From: an uncultured virus (IMG/VR IMGVR_UViG_2061766007_000800)
Lineage: Duplodnaviria; Heunggongvirae; Uroviricota; Caudoviricetes
IMG/VR virus record: IMGVR_UViG_2061766007_000800
Direction: 5' to 3' (one strand)
DNA length: 64,000 nucleotides
The notes under the pieces were generated by a model, which saw nothing but the letters and a program-made list of their open reading frames with translations, was not told the DNA's origin and made no database searches. The position numbers and the translations under genes are program-made. Shown here in pieces: positions 16,846-27,219 of this stretch. The stretch's first letter is position 1; every line of letters starts with the position of its first letter.

Positions 16846-16918
16846 CGCCCGTTCTACTAATTGGCTAGGTAACCACCCTCTCAAGGTGGAAATGTGGAAT
16901 CATACTCCGCACGGGTGA
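16846..16918 (+). tRNA. tRNA-Glu(CTC), non-canonical T loop
   Basis: CCACC-CTCTCAA-GGTGG; T loop ATCATAC. Confidence 0.8.
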
Positions 16919-16994
16919 CTCTTAGGTTTCTTAAAGAAACCTGACATAATAACCCTCTTTTCTTTATCGGGCATTATGCCCACATATATCTTAC

Positions 16995-17026
16995 AAGACG
17001 CAACTGAAAATGTTGCGTCTTTTTTT
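16995..17026 (+). terminator. intrinsic terminator closing the RNA island
   Basis: AAGACGCAAC-loop-GTTGCGTCTT followed by a T run. Confidence 0.8.
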
Positions 17027-17117
17027 GTATAAAATTTTCTGCGGCGGGTGAACGCACGTGAGCCCGTAATCCCGAAACCGAAATTTGGTCTCCACGAATC
17101 TTTTCCCGCATTTTTAA

Positions 17118-17157
17118 GGGCAAATCAGTTTTATCATTTTCCTAAAATTCTCAAATA
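17118..17157 (+). promoter_or_regulatory. putative late promoter (copy 2)
   Basis: GGGCAA-N27-TCAAATA upstream of the tail module. Confidence 0.55.
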
Positions 17158-17200
17158 ATATATAGGGAATGTAGTATAATTTTAAAGGAGGAATTTAATC

Positions 17201-17389
17201 ATGGCTATAAATATAACAAAACAGGGCGATACAACAACAACATATGTAACTTCATTAACTGTTGATACCGCCTCTGAAGTTTCTAATTTACCAACTCAAC
17301 CCGAGGTGGCTACTGGGAGTTCTTGCTTATGTATTGAAACTGGTTCGGTATATATTCTCAATAGTCTTCGTCAATGGGTGGAAATTTAA
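17201..17389 (+). CDS. small virion/tail-associated protein
   Basis: Strong RBS; D...LPT...GS.CLCIETG.VYILNS..W family. Confidence 0.65.
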   Translation: MAINITKQGDTTTTYVTSLTVDTASEVSNLPTQPEVATGSSCLCIETGSVYILNSLRQWVEI

Positions 17390-17408
17390 TAAGAAAGGAG
17401 AATCCGAT

Positions 17409-18068
17409 ATGGCAGTTGATGTAGAAACCTATGCTGTTGCTAAAAAATATACTGATAAATCTCTTGCTGGTGGCGGAGCAGTCAAAGGTAAAAACTGTAC
17501 TATAGATTCTATTACCGCAATTACAGGAGGAAACAGAGTTACATTTAAATGGACTCTTGACAATGGAACCGAGCAAACCTCTACTATGGATGTTATGAAT
17601 GGTGAAAAGGGTGATGATGGTGATAGAGGTCCGGCTGGGCAAGACGGTTCTGATGGAGCAAATGGTATTTCAATTACAGATGCTTCTTTAGATGCAAATG
17701 GACATTTAATTCTTACTTATTCAAATAGTGAAACAGAAGACGTTGGTAAAGTTACAGGAGAAAATACTGTTGTTTGGAGTCAACTTGTTAATACAGGTAC
17801 AAAAATTGCAACTGTTACTATTAATGGCACTACAACTAATGTATATGCACCTAGTGCTTCTAACCCATGGAAAGAAGTTACAGGCACCCTTACAGCAGGA
17901 CAGACTTCAATAACAATTTCAAGTAATTATATTACAACTTCTTCAACTATTGATGTATATACAAGTGCGGATATTGAATATAATACAATGACTATTTCTT
18001 CTGGTCAGGTTGTATTAACCTTTGATGCACAACAAAGTAATATAACTGTGAAAGTGAGGGTAAGTTGA
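17409..18068 (+). CDS. tail fibre/adaptor protein with short collagen-like repeat
   Basis: G-X-Y run GEKGDDGDRGPAGQDG; C-terminal domain shared with 20540-21193. Confidence 0.65.
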   Translation: MAVDVETYAVAKKYTDKSLAGGGAVKGKNCTIDSITAITGGNRVTFKWTLDNGTEQTSTMDVMNGEKGDDGDRGPAGQDGSDGANGISITDASLDANGHLILTYSNSETEDVGKVTGENTVVWSQLVNTGTKIATVTINGTTTNVYAPSASNPWKEVTGTLTAGQTSITISSNYITTSSTIDVYTSADIEYNTMTISSGQVVLTFDAQQSNITVKVRVS

Positions 18069-19276
18069 TGGCATATTATAGATGTAGAAAAAAGAGTGGT
18101 GGAAGTCCAACTCCAACTGAAACCCGTATTATTCCTTCAATGACTTCAGATACTTTACCTTCTGGTGTTTGTAGTGGATATAAAATGGGAAGCGGAGAGT
18201 CTGCTTATTATGCTTTCCGAGACGAAAATGGCTCTCAGCCTCCTACAGGTAAATATGTTACTTTAACAGAAAAAGGTGCTTACGTACAATATTATTTTCC
18301 TCAACAAGTAACTTTAAGACAAATAGCATTTCGTATGGATAATACAGTTTACACTCAAAGCGGAGAATATGAAGATTATATTGATTGTTCTTATGTTATA
18401 AAAACCTCATCTGATGGTATAACTTGGAGAAATATGGCAAGATATACAGGTAATAATAGTATTAGTGAATGGTTAATAGAAGATGTTGTTTGTAATTATC
18501 TTAGAATAGAGTTATTTTCAGAAACACCAAATGCAAAAGTGTGGGATATTAAGGCGTATGGAGCTGTTGGAAATGTACAATTACCTGTTCCAGCTATCCA
18601 ATATTATGTTCCCCCTTATCCCTTTTCAGCAGAAAATAGCATTCCAAATGCTGGTTATTCCGAATTTATTTCAGGAGGAGATGATATATTCCATGGAGGT
18701 TATGTTCTTGAAAGATATGCGGGTTCTAGACGTCTTTTAAGAAATCATAATTTTGCTGATTATGTCTTTTGGTATGAAGACCTTATTCTACCAGACACAG
18801 CTTATCCATGCAGTGCTACTAATGTATATTTACCTCTTCATATTAATAATATTATTCAATCTAATTGGGAAATAAAGTTAAAATTTACAAAAACAACTTC
18901 TTGGGGAGTAACTCCTTATTGTGATTTTATAAATTTAGGTACACCCAGTTCAGATAAAGTATTTTATATTTATTTAAATGATAATAATTTATATTTTTGT
19001 TCAGATTGGACTGAAGGATATGAAAACCAAATAGATATAAGTAACTTAGGCAATTGGTGTGATTTAACTTTTACAAAAGAAAATAATGTTGTAACAATAA
19101 CTCATTATGATTCTAGTACTCATACTACAGTTACTCTTGCTACAATTAATTGGATTACAGAGAAATTGGAAGACAATGACGTTTTAAGTAACACTTTATA
19201 TCTTATAGAAGGTCGTGAACCGGGTGAGGATTTTGGTTTTATCCATCATTTTGGTTTTAGATTTTTAGATAATTAA
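18068..19276 (+). CDS. putative receptor-binding protein (discoidin-like plus ConA/LamG-like domains)
   Basis: IPSMTSDTLPSG..AYYAF, S.DG.TW, YLRIE; aromatic beta-rich C-terminus. Confidence 0.55.
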   Translation: MAYYRCRKKSGGSPTPTETRIIPSMTSDTLPSGVCSGYKMGSGESAYYAFRDENGSQPPTGKYVTLTEKGAYVQYYFPQQVTLRQIAFRMDNTVYTQSGEYEDYIDCSYVIKTSSDGITWRNMARYTGNNSISEWLIEDVVCNYLRIELFSETPNAKVWDIKAYGAVGNVQLPVPAIQYYVPPYPFSAENSIPNAGYSEFISGGDDIFHGGYVLERYAGSRRLLRNHNFADYVFWYEDLILPDTAYPCSATNVYLPLHINNIIQSNWEIKLKFTKTTSWGVTPYCDFINLGTPSSDKVFYIYLNDNNLYFCSDWTEGYENQIDISNLGNWCDLTFTKENNVVTITHYDSSTHTTVTLATINWITEKLEDNDVLSNTLYLIEGREPGEDFGFIHHFGFRFLDN

Positions 19277-19327
19277 TAAGGAGTGGCGGAAAGCCACTCC
19301 TTAATTACTAAAGAAAGGAGAAAAGAA

Positions 19328-19657
19328 ATGATTAGAGGTACTACCCCTACTTTAAGATTTAAAATTAAAAAATCTGATGAATATGACTTACATACGATAG
19401 AAGAATGTCATATTACTTTGGAGAATAAGCCAAAAGATAAGAAAAGTAGCGGAAGAAATACAAAGGTGTTTGATTCTCCTACATATGATTATGAAAACAA
19501 TATAATCTCCATCGAATTAACTCAAGAAGATACTTTGGACTTCGAAGAAGGAGATATTGAAATGCAAATAAAAGCTAAATTTAGTAGCGGCCGAGTAGTA
19601 GCAACTCCTATTATGGTTACTACTATGAAGAAAATCCTCGAGGAGGCGATGTTATGA
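19328..19657 (+). CDS. BppU-like baseplate/tail protein
   Basis: MIRGTTPT..LTQEDTL.F..G..E.Q motif. Confidence 0.55.
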   Translation: MIRGTTPTLRFKIKKSDEYDLHTIEECHITLENKPKDKKSSGRNTKVFDSPTYDYENNIISIELTQEDTLDFEEGDIEMQIKAKFSSGRVVATPIMVTTMKKILEEAML

Positions 19658-19920
19658 GAAGTTGCGGATGTTGCTTCGAGGTTGAATTTTTAGAAAATGA
19701 AAATTTTGAAACTGAATTTGAAGTTGGTACAGTAATTGGTGGCGGCGGAGGTGGCTATCCGCAGTATATGGGGCCCTACACCGCAATTCCTAAAGTTATT
19801 GACCAGACTTTTCATACAGATAAAACTTCTATGGAAGATGATTTCGTAGTAAAGAAAATTACTTATCTTGAAACAGCTAATGTTGGCGGTGGATTAACCG
19901 TTACGATTGGCGAATTATAA
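19654..19920 (+). CDS. tail-associated protein
   Basis: Y.GPY...PK...Q...T....M.DD..V..I.Y.E..N..GG.TV.IG. Confidence 0.55.
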   Translation: MRSCGCCFEVEFLENENFETEFEVGTVIGGGGGGYPQYMGPYTAIPKVIDQTFHTDKTSMEDDFVVKKITYLETANVGGGLTVTIGEL

Positions 19921-19933
19921 GGAGGAATAATAA

Positions 19934-20518
19934 ATGGCAAAACCTAGTAAAGTCATATATGGTAATCAAGTCATTATCGACTTAACATCTGACACCGTCG
20001 CAGCTGATAAACTCTTGGAAGGTTATACTGCCCATGGTAGAGATGGTGAAATAATCACAGGTTCATGTACATACGACGCAGATACCAGTGATGCAACCGC
20101 AAGTACATCAGATATTTTAAGTGGAGCTACTGCTTATGTAAATGGTGTAAAATTAACAGGTGATATGCCTAACCGTGGTGCTTTATCTGGCACTATTGAT
20201 GATAAAGATGATGCAATTACAATTAATGCAGGTTATTATGATGGTTCTGGCTCTATAACTATTGATTCAACTGAGAAGGCAAAACTTATCCCAGGTAATA
20301 TTAAATCAGGTGTTCAGATTCTTGGCGTAACAGGTGACTATGCGGGAGGTAGTACTCCTACAGAACAATGTAATGTAACACCTTATACAACTGCTCAAAC
20401 TGTATTACCTACAAGTGGATATACAATTTCTCAAGTTAATGTTGCAGCAATCGCATATTCAGAACAATCTAATTCAGCAGGTGGAACTACAGTTACTATT
20501 GGTACAGTTGCACCTTAA
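19934..20518 (+). CDS. tail fibre-associated protein
   Basis: KVIYG..IDLT.DTV..LL.G and DATA..DIL.G.TAYVNG repeats. Confidence 0.65.
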   Translation: MAKPSKVIYGNQVIIDLTSDTVAADKLLEGYTAHGRDGEIITGSCTYDADTSDATASTSDILSGATAYVNGVKLTGDMPNRGALSGTIDDKDDAITINAGYYDGSGSITIDSTEKAKLIPGNIKSGVQILGVTGDYAGGSTPTEQCNVTPYTTAQTVLPTSGYTISQVNVAAIAYSEQSNSAGGTTVTIGTVAP

Positions 20519-20539
20519 GGATAAAAAGGAGGTAATGAA

Positions 20540-21193
20540 ATGGGAGTAAATAAAGTAATTTATGGAAATACTCCTGTTATGGATATAACAGATAGTACCG
20601 TTACTTCTCAGAATTTACTTTCTGGGGAGGTAGCTTACGGTGCTAATGGAAATAGAATAATTGGAGAAGTTACTACTGAAACAGTAATAGCCAATCCTAG
20701 TGGCTCTGCAACTGCTGGTAATCTTAATAAGTTACAAGTTGGTGAAGATATTTATGCGATATCTGGTGGAAGTGGTTCGGGTGGTCATACGATTCTTAAT
20801 GACAGTGGAACAGCACTTTTGCAAGAAGACAATCTTCAATTTAAGGGTGCATATACTCATGACGATAGTATAAATGAAAAGACTATTGTCGAAGTTACCC
20901 GTACTATGACATTAGCACAATATCAGGCTCTTTCATCTGATGAAAAGAAAGGTGTTATAGCAGTAACTGATGACTCTCCAGAGCCTTATTATACTGATGT
21001 TGTAGGAACTCTAGTAGCAGGTTCTACTTCGATAACATTATCAGATGCTTCCATAACTACTAATTCAACAATAGATTTATATACAGATACATATGGTGTA
21101 AATCCTTTATCAATATCTGTATCAACTGGAAGTATTACATTAACATTTGCTGCGCAACAAGGTGCAGTTAACGTGAAAGTGAGGGTAAGCTAA
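20540..21193 (+). CDS. tail fibre/adaptor protein
   Basis: N-terminus paralogous to 19934 and C-terminus paralogous to 17409. Confidence 0.6.
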   Translation: MGVNKVIYGNTPVMDITDSTVTSQNLLSGEVAYGANGNRIIGEVTTETVIANPSGSATAGNLNKLQVGEDIYAISGGSGSGGHTILNDSGTALLQEDNLQFKGAYTHDDSINEKTIVEVTRTMTLAQYQALSSDEKKGVIAVTDDSPEPYYTDVVGTLVAGSTSITLSDASITTNSTIDLYTDTYGVNPLSISVSTGSITLTFAAQQGAVNVKVRVS

Positions 21194-22224
21194 TGATATT
21201 GAATTATCCTAGTTCAGCACTTCCGAATGCGACTTACACGATTAATAGTTATTGCGACTCATCAGAATCTTATAGAATCAATCCTATAATTACTGGCGAA
21301 TGGTTTACTGGTACTAGCAGTAGTGGTAAAAAAACAGGTTTAATAACTAATTTTTATCCGCCAAGTAATCCAAATGGTAGATTTGGTTGGTATTTATATA
21401 CTGAGTCCTCAACTGGTAGGCAATCAATTATTAGTTCAGGAACTAATGGCTGTGGCGTATATTATTCAACAAATGGCGGTACACCTCAAACATCTGGTCA
21501 AATTCCATCAGATATTTATAACTATAACTATGAACAGTATTTTGATGATGCAGTATTTGAAACTAATATGCCAATATTTGATACATATGAACATAAAGAA
21601 GCATATGTAAGAGCGAGAACAGATGCAGAGGCATTGGAAATATTAGAGCAATATGCTGTAAACTATAAAAAAGATATTTGTTACATTTCATGTGTGGCTT
21701 TACCGCAGCCTCCTATAAGTTGGGATTTTGAATATACAAATCTTTCAATTCATCAAGCGTCAGATTCTATACTTACAAATATTAACTGGAACGTTGCGAC
21801 AACAGCTCCAAATAGTATGAGGTATAAAAGTTGGATTTTGGAATTTAAAGTATCAGAAGGCGCGACCGATTCATATAACTGCCTTATGGCAAGACCAGAC
21901 TCTGATATAGGAGAATGGTTCATAAATTCATCTGGACTTCTTAGAATTTATACTGGGTCTACTTATTCATTAAGTAACAATCCAATAAATGATGGATCTG
22001 ATATTAGAATAGAATTTGAACCTGATTTAAGCGATAGAAATGCTAAATACGGAACTATTAGTATTTATAAAAATGATATTTTAGATCGTCAAGAATATAG
22101 GTCGGTTGAATATGAATCAATTGGCAGTACCATGGTTCCATTACGAATAGGAGCATATAATTCATCTGGAGGCGATTTATTTAATGGAACATTTGAATAT
22201 ATTAGATTTAGAACTTTAAATTAA
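21193..22224 (+). CDS. putative receptor-binding protein (ConA/LamG-like C-terminus)
   Basis: IGAYN....FNG.FEYIRF C-terminus. Confidence 0.5.
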   Translation: MILNYPSSALPNATYTINSYCDSSESYRINPIITGEWFTGTSSSGKKTGLITNFYPPSNPNGRFGWYLYTESSTGRQSIISSGTNGCGVYYSTNGGTPQTSGQIPSDIYNYNYEQYFDDAVFETNMPIFDTYEHKEAYVRARTDAEALEILEQYAVNYKKDICYISCVALPQPPISWDFEYTNLSIHQASDSILTNINWNVATTAPNSMRYKSWILEFKVSEGATDSYNCLMARPDSDIGEWFINSSGLLRIYTGSTYSLSNNPINDGSDIRIEFEPDLSDRNAKYGTISIYKNDILDRQEYRSVEYESIGSTMVPLRIGAYNSSGGDLFNGTFEYIRFRTLN

Positions 22225-22239
22225 AGGAGAAGGACAAAA

Positions 22240-22992
22240 ATGGCATGGTTTAAATGTGTAGGACCCATTGAAGGCGGAGGTATGACTCTTCCAACAAATT
22301 ATTTAAGATGTTCTAAAGAGCATTATACTAATTTACAAAATAAAGATCCAAATACTTTATATTTTATAGATACTATTAAAAATATACGAAGTTCTTGGAA
22401 TTCTAGAATAATAGATGGTATACGAGAAATTTATTTAGGAACTCAAATGATATATCCTATTAAAAAAGATGGATATGATTGGTGCATAGAAAATTTAGAA
22501 TTTCCAGATGCACTCGGAACAGATTCGGAAACTGGAAAATCATATACAGTTTCTGATTATGAAATAAATATGGATATAGATCTTACATCTTCAGAAAACA
22601 TTAATAAAAATTTTCAAATAGAATTTAAAGCGACATTATCGCAAACGGCATCTTTATCAGGAGATCAGGTAATATTTGGCGGAACAATGTCACGATCTGG
22701 AATATTTGAATGTTATTTAAATACATCTGGTCATTTATATTTTTATGCGAATGGAATTTCAGATTCTAAATTTATAGATGATGCTAATGACCATGATATT
22801 AAAATAGTAAGAGATGGCTCTAATATTGAATTTTATAAAGATGGAACATTAATAACCACAGTATCAACATATGCTCCAGATTCGAATTATTCTGGATTTC
22901 CTATAGGAATCGCAAGATACAATAATAATTCAAGTGCAACATTTCATGGAACTATCCACTACTTGAAATTCAAGTGGTTACCAACAACTTAG
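22240..22992 (+). CDS. putative receptor-binding protein (ConA/LamG-like C-terminus)
   Basis: Y..L..KDPNTLYFI linker; FHG.IHYLKFKWL. Confidence 0.5.
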   Translation: MAWFKCVGPIEGGGMTLPTNYLRCSKEHYTNLQNKDPNTLYFIDTIKNIRSSWNSRIIDGIREIYLGTQMIYPIKKDGYDWCIENLEFPDALGTDSETGKSYTVSDYEINMDIDLTSSENINKNFQIEFKATLSQTASLSGDQVIFGGTMSRSGIFECYLNTSGHLYFYANGISDSKFIDDANDHDIKIVRDGSNIEFYKDGTLITTVSTYAPDSNYSGFPIGIARYNNNSSATFHGTIHYLKFKWLPTT

Positions 22993-23001
22993 GAGGGTAA
23001 A

Positions 23002-23688
23002 ATGGCAGCAATATACGTAAATGGAGTAAAAACAAGTTGTATGGCCATCGGTGGCAGCGGTGGATCTTCAATAGTTGAAAAGCGGTATGCTAGATTTACA
23101 AGCGACTACGAATTATGGTTACCTGACAAATTTGCTTTAAATAGTTATGTATCTAGTGGTTGGAATTTAGAGCCAAAAATTGTATTAAAGATATTCGCTA
23201 CTGAATATTTAGAAAATGCTAGATATATGGGTAATTCAAGTTCAAATGATAGATCTGGTTTTTTTGAGTACAATAATAAGTTTTACGGTTCTTATGGTTC
23301 TAGTACAAGGGCATTAGCGGATTGGAGTGCAGGAGAGCATACATACATTGAAAATGATGACGACGGATATATTACTTTAGATGGTGTTCAAAATAGAACA
23401 TACTCGACACAGTCACAATCAGCTAGAAGATTTATTGGTCCAGTGTCAAGAGATCCAAGATTATCATATAATCCTTCTGAAATAGAAACTAAAAGAAGTA
23501 CTGTAACAAAAGGTTATATCATGAATCTTAAGATCTACAACAAAACCAATAATAATGAACTTGTATGGGATTTAGTTCCTGCAGAGTTTAATGGTATGGC
23601 ATGCTTCTATGAAAAAGTAGAAGATAAAGTATATTTTGTTCCAGAGCTTATTGTAACAGACACAACACCGACAATACCAACAACTTAG
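23002..23688 (+). CDS. putative lectin-like tail protein
   Basis: KIY...LVWDLVPA...G..CFYEKV motif. Confidence 0.5.
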   Translation: MAAIYVNGVKTSCMAIGGSGGSSIVEKRYARFTSDYELWLPDKFALNSYVSSGWNLEPKIVLKIFATEYLENARYMGNSSSNDRSGFFEYNNKFYGSYGSSTRALADWSAGEHTYIENDDDGYITLDGVQNRTYSTQSQSARRFIGPVSRDPRLSYNPSEIETKRSTVTKGYIMNLKIYNKTNNNELVWDLVPAEFNGMACFYEKVEDKVYFVPELIVTDTTPTIPTT

Positions 23689-23810
23689 AGGAGGCACAAG
23701 CATAGATTGGAAAGATTCTATTATTATTTAGGTTTACAAGTTATGGATGAAATACCAACAACTTAAGAGAGGGTTAACTACCCTCTCTTATTTTTTAGAA
23801 AGGAGAAGTA

Positions 23811-24568
23811 ATGCACTCTAATACTATCTTAGTGAACGAAGATAAGTCTCTTATAGGAACACAAATAAGACCTATCTATAAAGGGGAAAATAGAGGTGAT
23901 GAAATTCAATTTCTTATTGACCCTAATGTGTTTGATGGTATGGATGAGTATTTAACATTAACATTATTTGTTATATTACCCTATCCTGATGAAGAACATC
24001 ATACACCTACTACAAACAAAATGAGATACAAGGAGATAGAAGAATTACTCTTTATAAAGATGATGTATCTAATTATGAATTTTGGTACGAAGAACTTATG
24101 TTTCCTATAAACGGTGCTGGTGAGTTTGAACCAGAGCAAACAGCCATTATAACAACTGTAGATATAAATAATACAGAAACTATTAATAGAGATTGGCAAC
24201 TTGAATTCTATTTTACACCTAATGATAACGGATATGGAACTAGTGAATATCCAATCATCGGTAGTTTTTCCAGTAGCGGTTCTGGTCTTATTGAATTATA
24301 TACACAATCATCTAACCTTCAAGGATTTTGGTTGTATGGCTCAAATTTACCAGATAATAATATCGGAGATATAAAAAATAAAGATGTTAAAATAACAGTA
24401 GAGAATCATGTTTTTAGATTGTGGGCAGACGAAGAATTAATCTATACTAAAAGTGATTATAATCCTAGTTCACACGACAGTTCTAACCCTCTTACAATAG
24501 GTTCATATCGTATGAATTATTTATTTAGTGGTAAAATAAAATATGTAGGTTTTAAGTGGTTAACCTAA
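23811..24568 (+). pseudogene. out-of-frame chimera: truncated baseplate-like 5' gene plus start-less RBP 3' half
   Basis: Second frame is open from 23993, and GDRRITLYKDDVSNYEFWYEELMFP aligns with GSRRLLRNHNFADYVFWYEDLILP of 18068-19276. Confidence 0.5.
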
Positions 24569-24672
24569 TTACAAGCCTTACCTTTTTGGTAAGGCTTTTT
24601 TTATTTGCATTTTTTTAAAAATTATAATATAATAATTATAGANNNNNNNNNNATACAATAAGTAGACAGTCC

Positions 24673-27147
24673 GTGATTGAACAAACATATAATTGGAGTA
24701 AAGATGAATTTTTGAGGGTTACAAACCCATTCGATTATTTGCGTAAAAGAATTAACTCTTTGCCATCAGTTACACCCCAACCAAAGATAGGACATTGGGT
24801 AGATGATGAGTTTGGTAGTAAATGCAGTTATTGTGGTATGCATACTCATTTAGACAAGTTTGGCAGACCTATGAAGTTTAGGCATTGCTCTATGTGTGGC
24901 GCGAAGATGGTTGAGCCACAGGAGAATAAAGATATCGAGTTAGTAATTAAGATACCCGAAAAGCAGTATCAATCAATAAAAAATGGTCATATTCCTTATA
25001 GCGTTCTCGATACAATTAAGAACGGCACACCACTTCCAAAAGGACACGGAAGATTGATTGATGCTGATAAGATAGATTTCGATTCCAGTGATTTTTATGA
25101 TTGTGATGATGTTAGAATAGTCGAAGAAATTATTGATGATGCACCTACAATCATAGAAGCAGATACTTGAAGAATTGAAAGGAGAATAAATATGGCAGAT
25201 ATAGAGTTAATTATTAGAATACCTGAAGAAGATTATGAGCGTATAAAGAATAGTGACGATATGAATTTTAATGTAATCAAGAATGGTACACCACTCCCTA
25301 AAGGGCACGGAAGATTGATTGACGCTGACGAACTTTCTAAGCGGTTAGTAAATGCAAGCATGTTTTATCGTGGAGAAACAGCGGATATGTTTGACACTCG
25401 TTTTGCCGATGGATTAAGAGAATCAGATATAAAATTGAGCGAAGCGCCGACAGTTGTAGAAGCAGATAAAGGAGAATAAACAAGTGAATGTTATTACAAT
25501 AATCAGTTTATTCGCAATGGGAGTAATTGGTAGTTTTGTTGTTGGGTTTGAATTTGGTTGGTATTTTAGAGGAGAATAAGAAATGTGGATAGATACAGAT
25601 AGTTTAACTGAAGTTATAGAGCAGAATTCAAATCTCTCTAAAGAACAAGCATCCAATATAGCATATGCTGTGGCAGAGTGTATTTCAAATGCGATTGACT
25701 ATCATTTGTATGATTATAAGCACGAAATACTAACATAGAAAGGAGAATAAGGAATGGCAAAAGGCAAATGGATAATTAATAGATATGCAAGTGTTACTGA
25801 GCAAGCATATGGTATATGTTCGATTTGTAAACATACATCACCATTACCAACTGAATGTTATTATCTGGCAACTGATGTAACTGGACTTGAAATATGTCCT
25901 CATTGCAATAGTGAAATGGAATTTTATTTTAAGAGTTTTTCATAAAGGAGAACAAATGACAAACAAAGAAAAATTCAAAGAAGTATTTGGAAAAGAATTA
26001 GACGAGAGTTTGAAATTCGACACCTCTTGTTCTTATATATTACAAACCGTTGCTTTAAGGTCTATGTATATTAAAGGTGTTTATAATATCGTTGAATGGT
26101 TAAATGCAGAATTTGTTGAACTGAAAGGAGAATAACAATATTATGAAAGTATTAACAAGAGAAGAATATGCTCAAGTAAAAATACTTGAAAAGGTAAAAG
26201 AAGAAATTGACGAAATGCTTAAAAGTGATGAAGTTTCAGAGGATAAATTCTCAAATGTAATTATTAATAAGTCATATCTATTCAGGTCTATCATAAACAA
26301 GAATATAGCAGAATTAAAAGGAGAAAATAAATAATGGACAAAGAATTTATAGGTATGATAGGCACCGTTATAGGTGGATTGATATTAATGATTGTTGTAG
26401 TTACATTATTAGTATCCTTTTTTGATACAAAATCTTGGAATGATGGACATTGTAAATGTGGTGGTAATTGGGTGTATGAACAGGCTGTTGGTCACGAGTA
26501 TTTTACAACATATTTATACACATGTGATAAATGTGGAAAAGCAATAGAAATTACAGATAAAAGATAAAGGAGAAACAAAATGACAAATTTAGAAAAGGTA
26601 TCTCAATCCGCAGAAAAACTTGCATTACTTATAGATAGTATATGTGGAGAATGTGACTTTTGTCCTGCATGCGATTATTGTCAAAAAGAAGATGAATTTA
26701 CTAGCTGTGCGGTTTCAATAAAAGAATGGTTAGAACAGGAGGTAAAATAATGAATAAAGAGAAAGAAAATAAAACCCCTTCAATTAAAGGCATTTCTTAT
26801 TTTGAAGGATTAAGTTTAATTTTATTTACATTAAAATTACTTGGAATAATCAACTGCTCTTGGTGGATTGTATTTCTTCCTATTCTTTTTGATTGGATTA
26901 TAGTTTTAATTGTAATTGGAATATTGCTTTTAATTAGTGGCGGAATTTGGTTAGGAGGAAAAGATAAATGGAATTAGTTTTTGCAATCGGATATTTAATT
27001 TTAGCTTTAGCAGAAGGAAGTATTATTATATTACAAGCGAGTAATGGTAAACTTGGTTTAGCAATTATATGGTTAGTTGCTTGTATATTAATGACTTTTT
27101 CTTCAGGACTTAATACAGCGGCATATATAGCAAAAAAGATTGGTTAA
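24673..27147 (+). other. array of about 12 short early-type ORFs (Zn-ribbon, RLIDAD and membrane proteins)
   Basis: Tightly packed ORFs joined by AAAGGAGAATAA-type junctions; duplicated IKNGTPLPKGHGRLIDAD. Confidence 0.7.
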
Positions 27148-27219
27148 AAGCCAATCTTTTTGACTTTGAGAAAAATTTTTGGTATAATAATAATATATAG
27201 AGATAAAAGGAGAAAAAAT

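Noticed and set aside
16995..17026. AAGACGC..GCGTCTT as a fourth ACAGCAAT-motif RNA
   Set aside because: Lacks ACAGCAAT and is followed by a T run, so it is an intrinsic terminator.
17409..24568. Diversity-generating retroelement acting on the RBP genes
   Set aside because: No reverse transcriptase and no near-identical TR/VR pair differing at adenines in this window.
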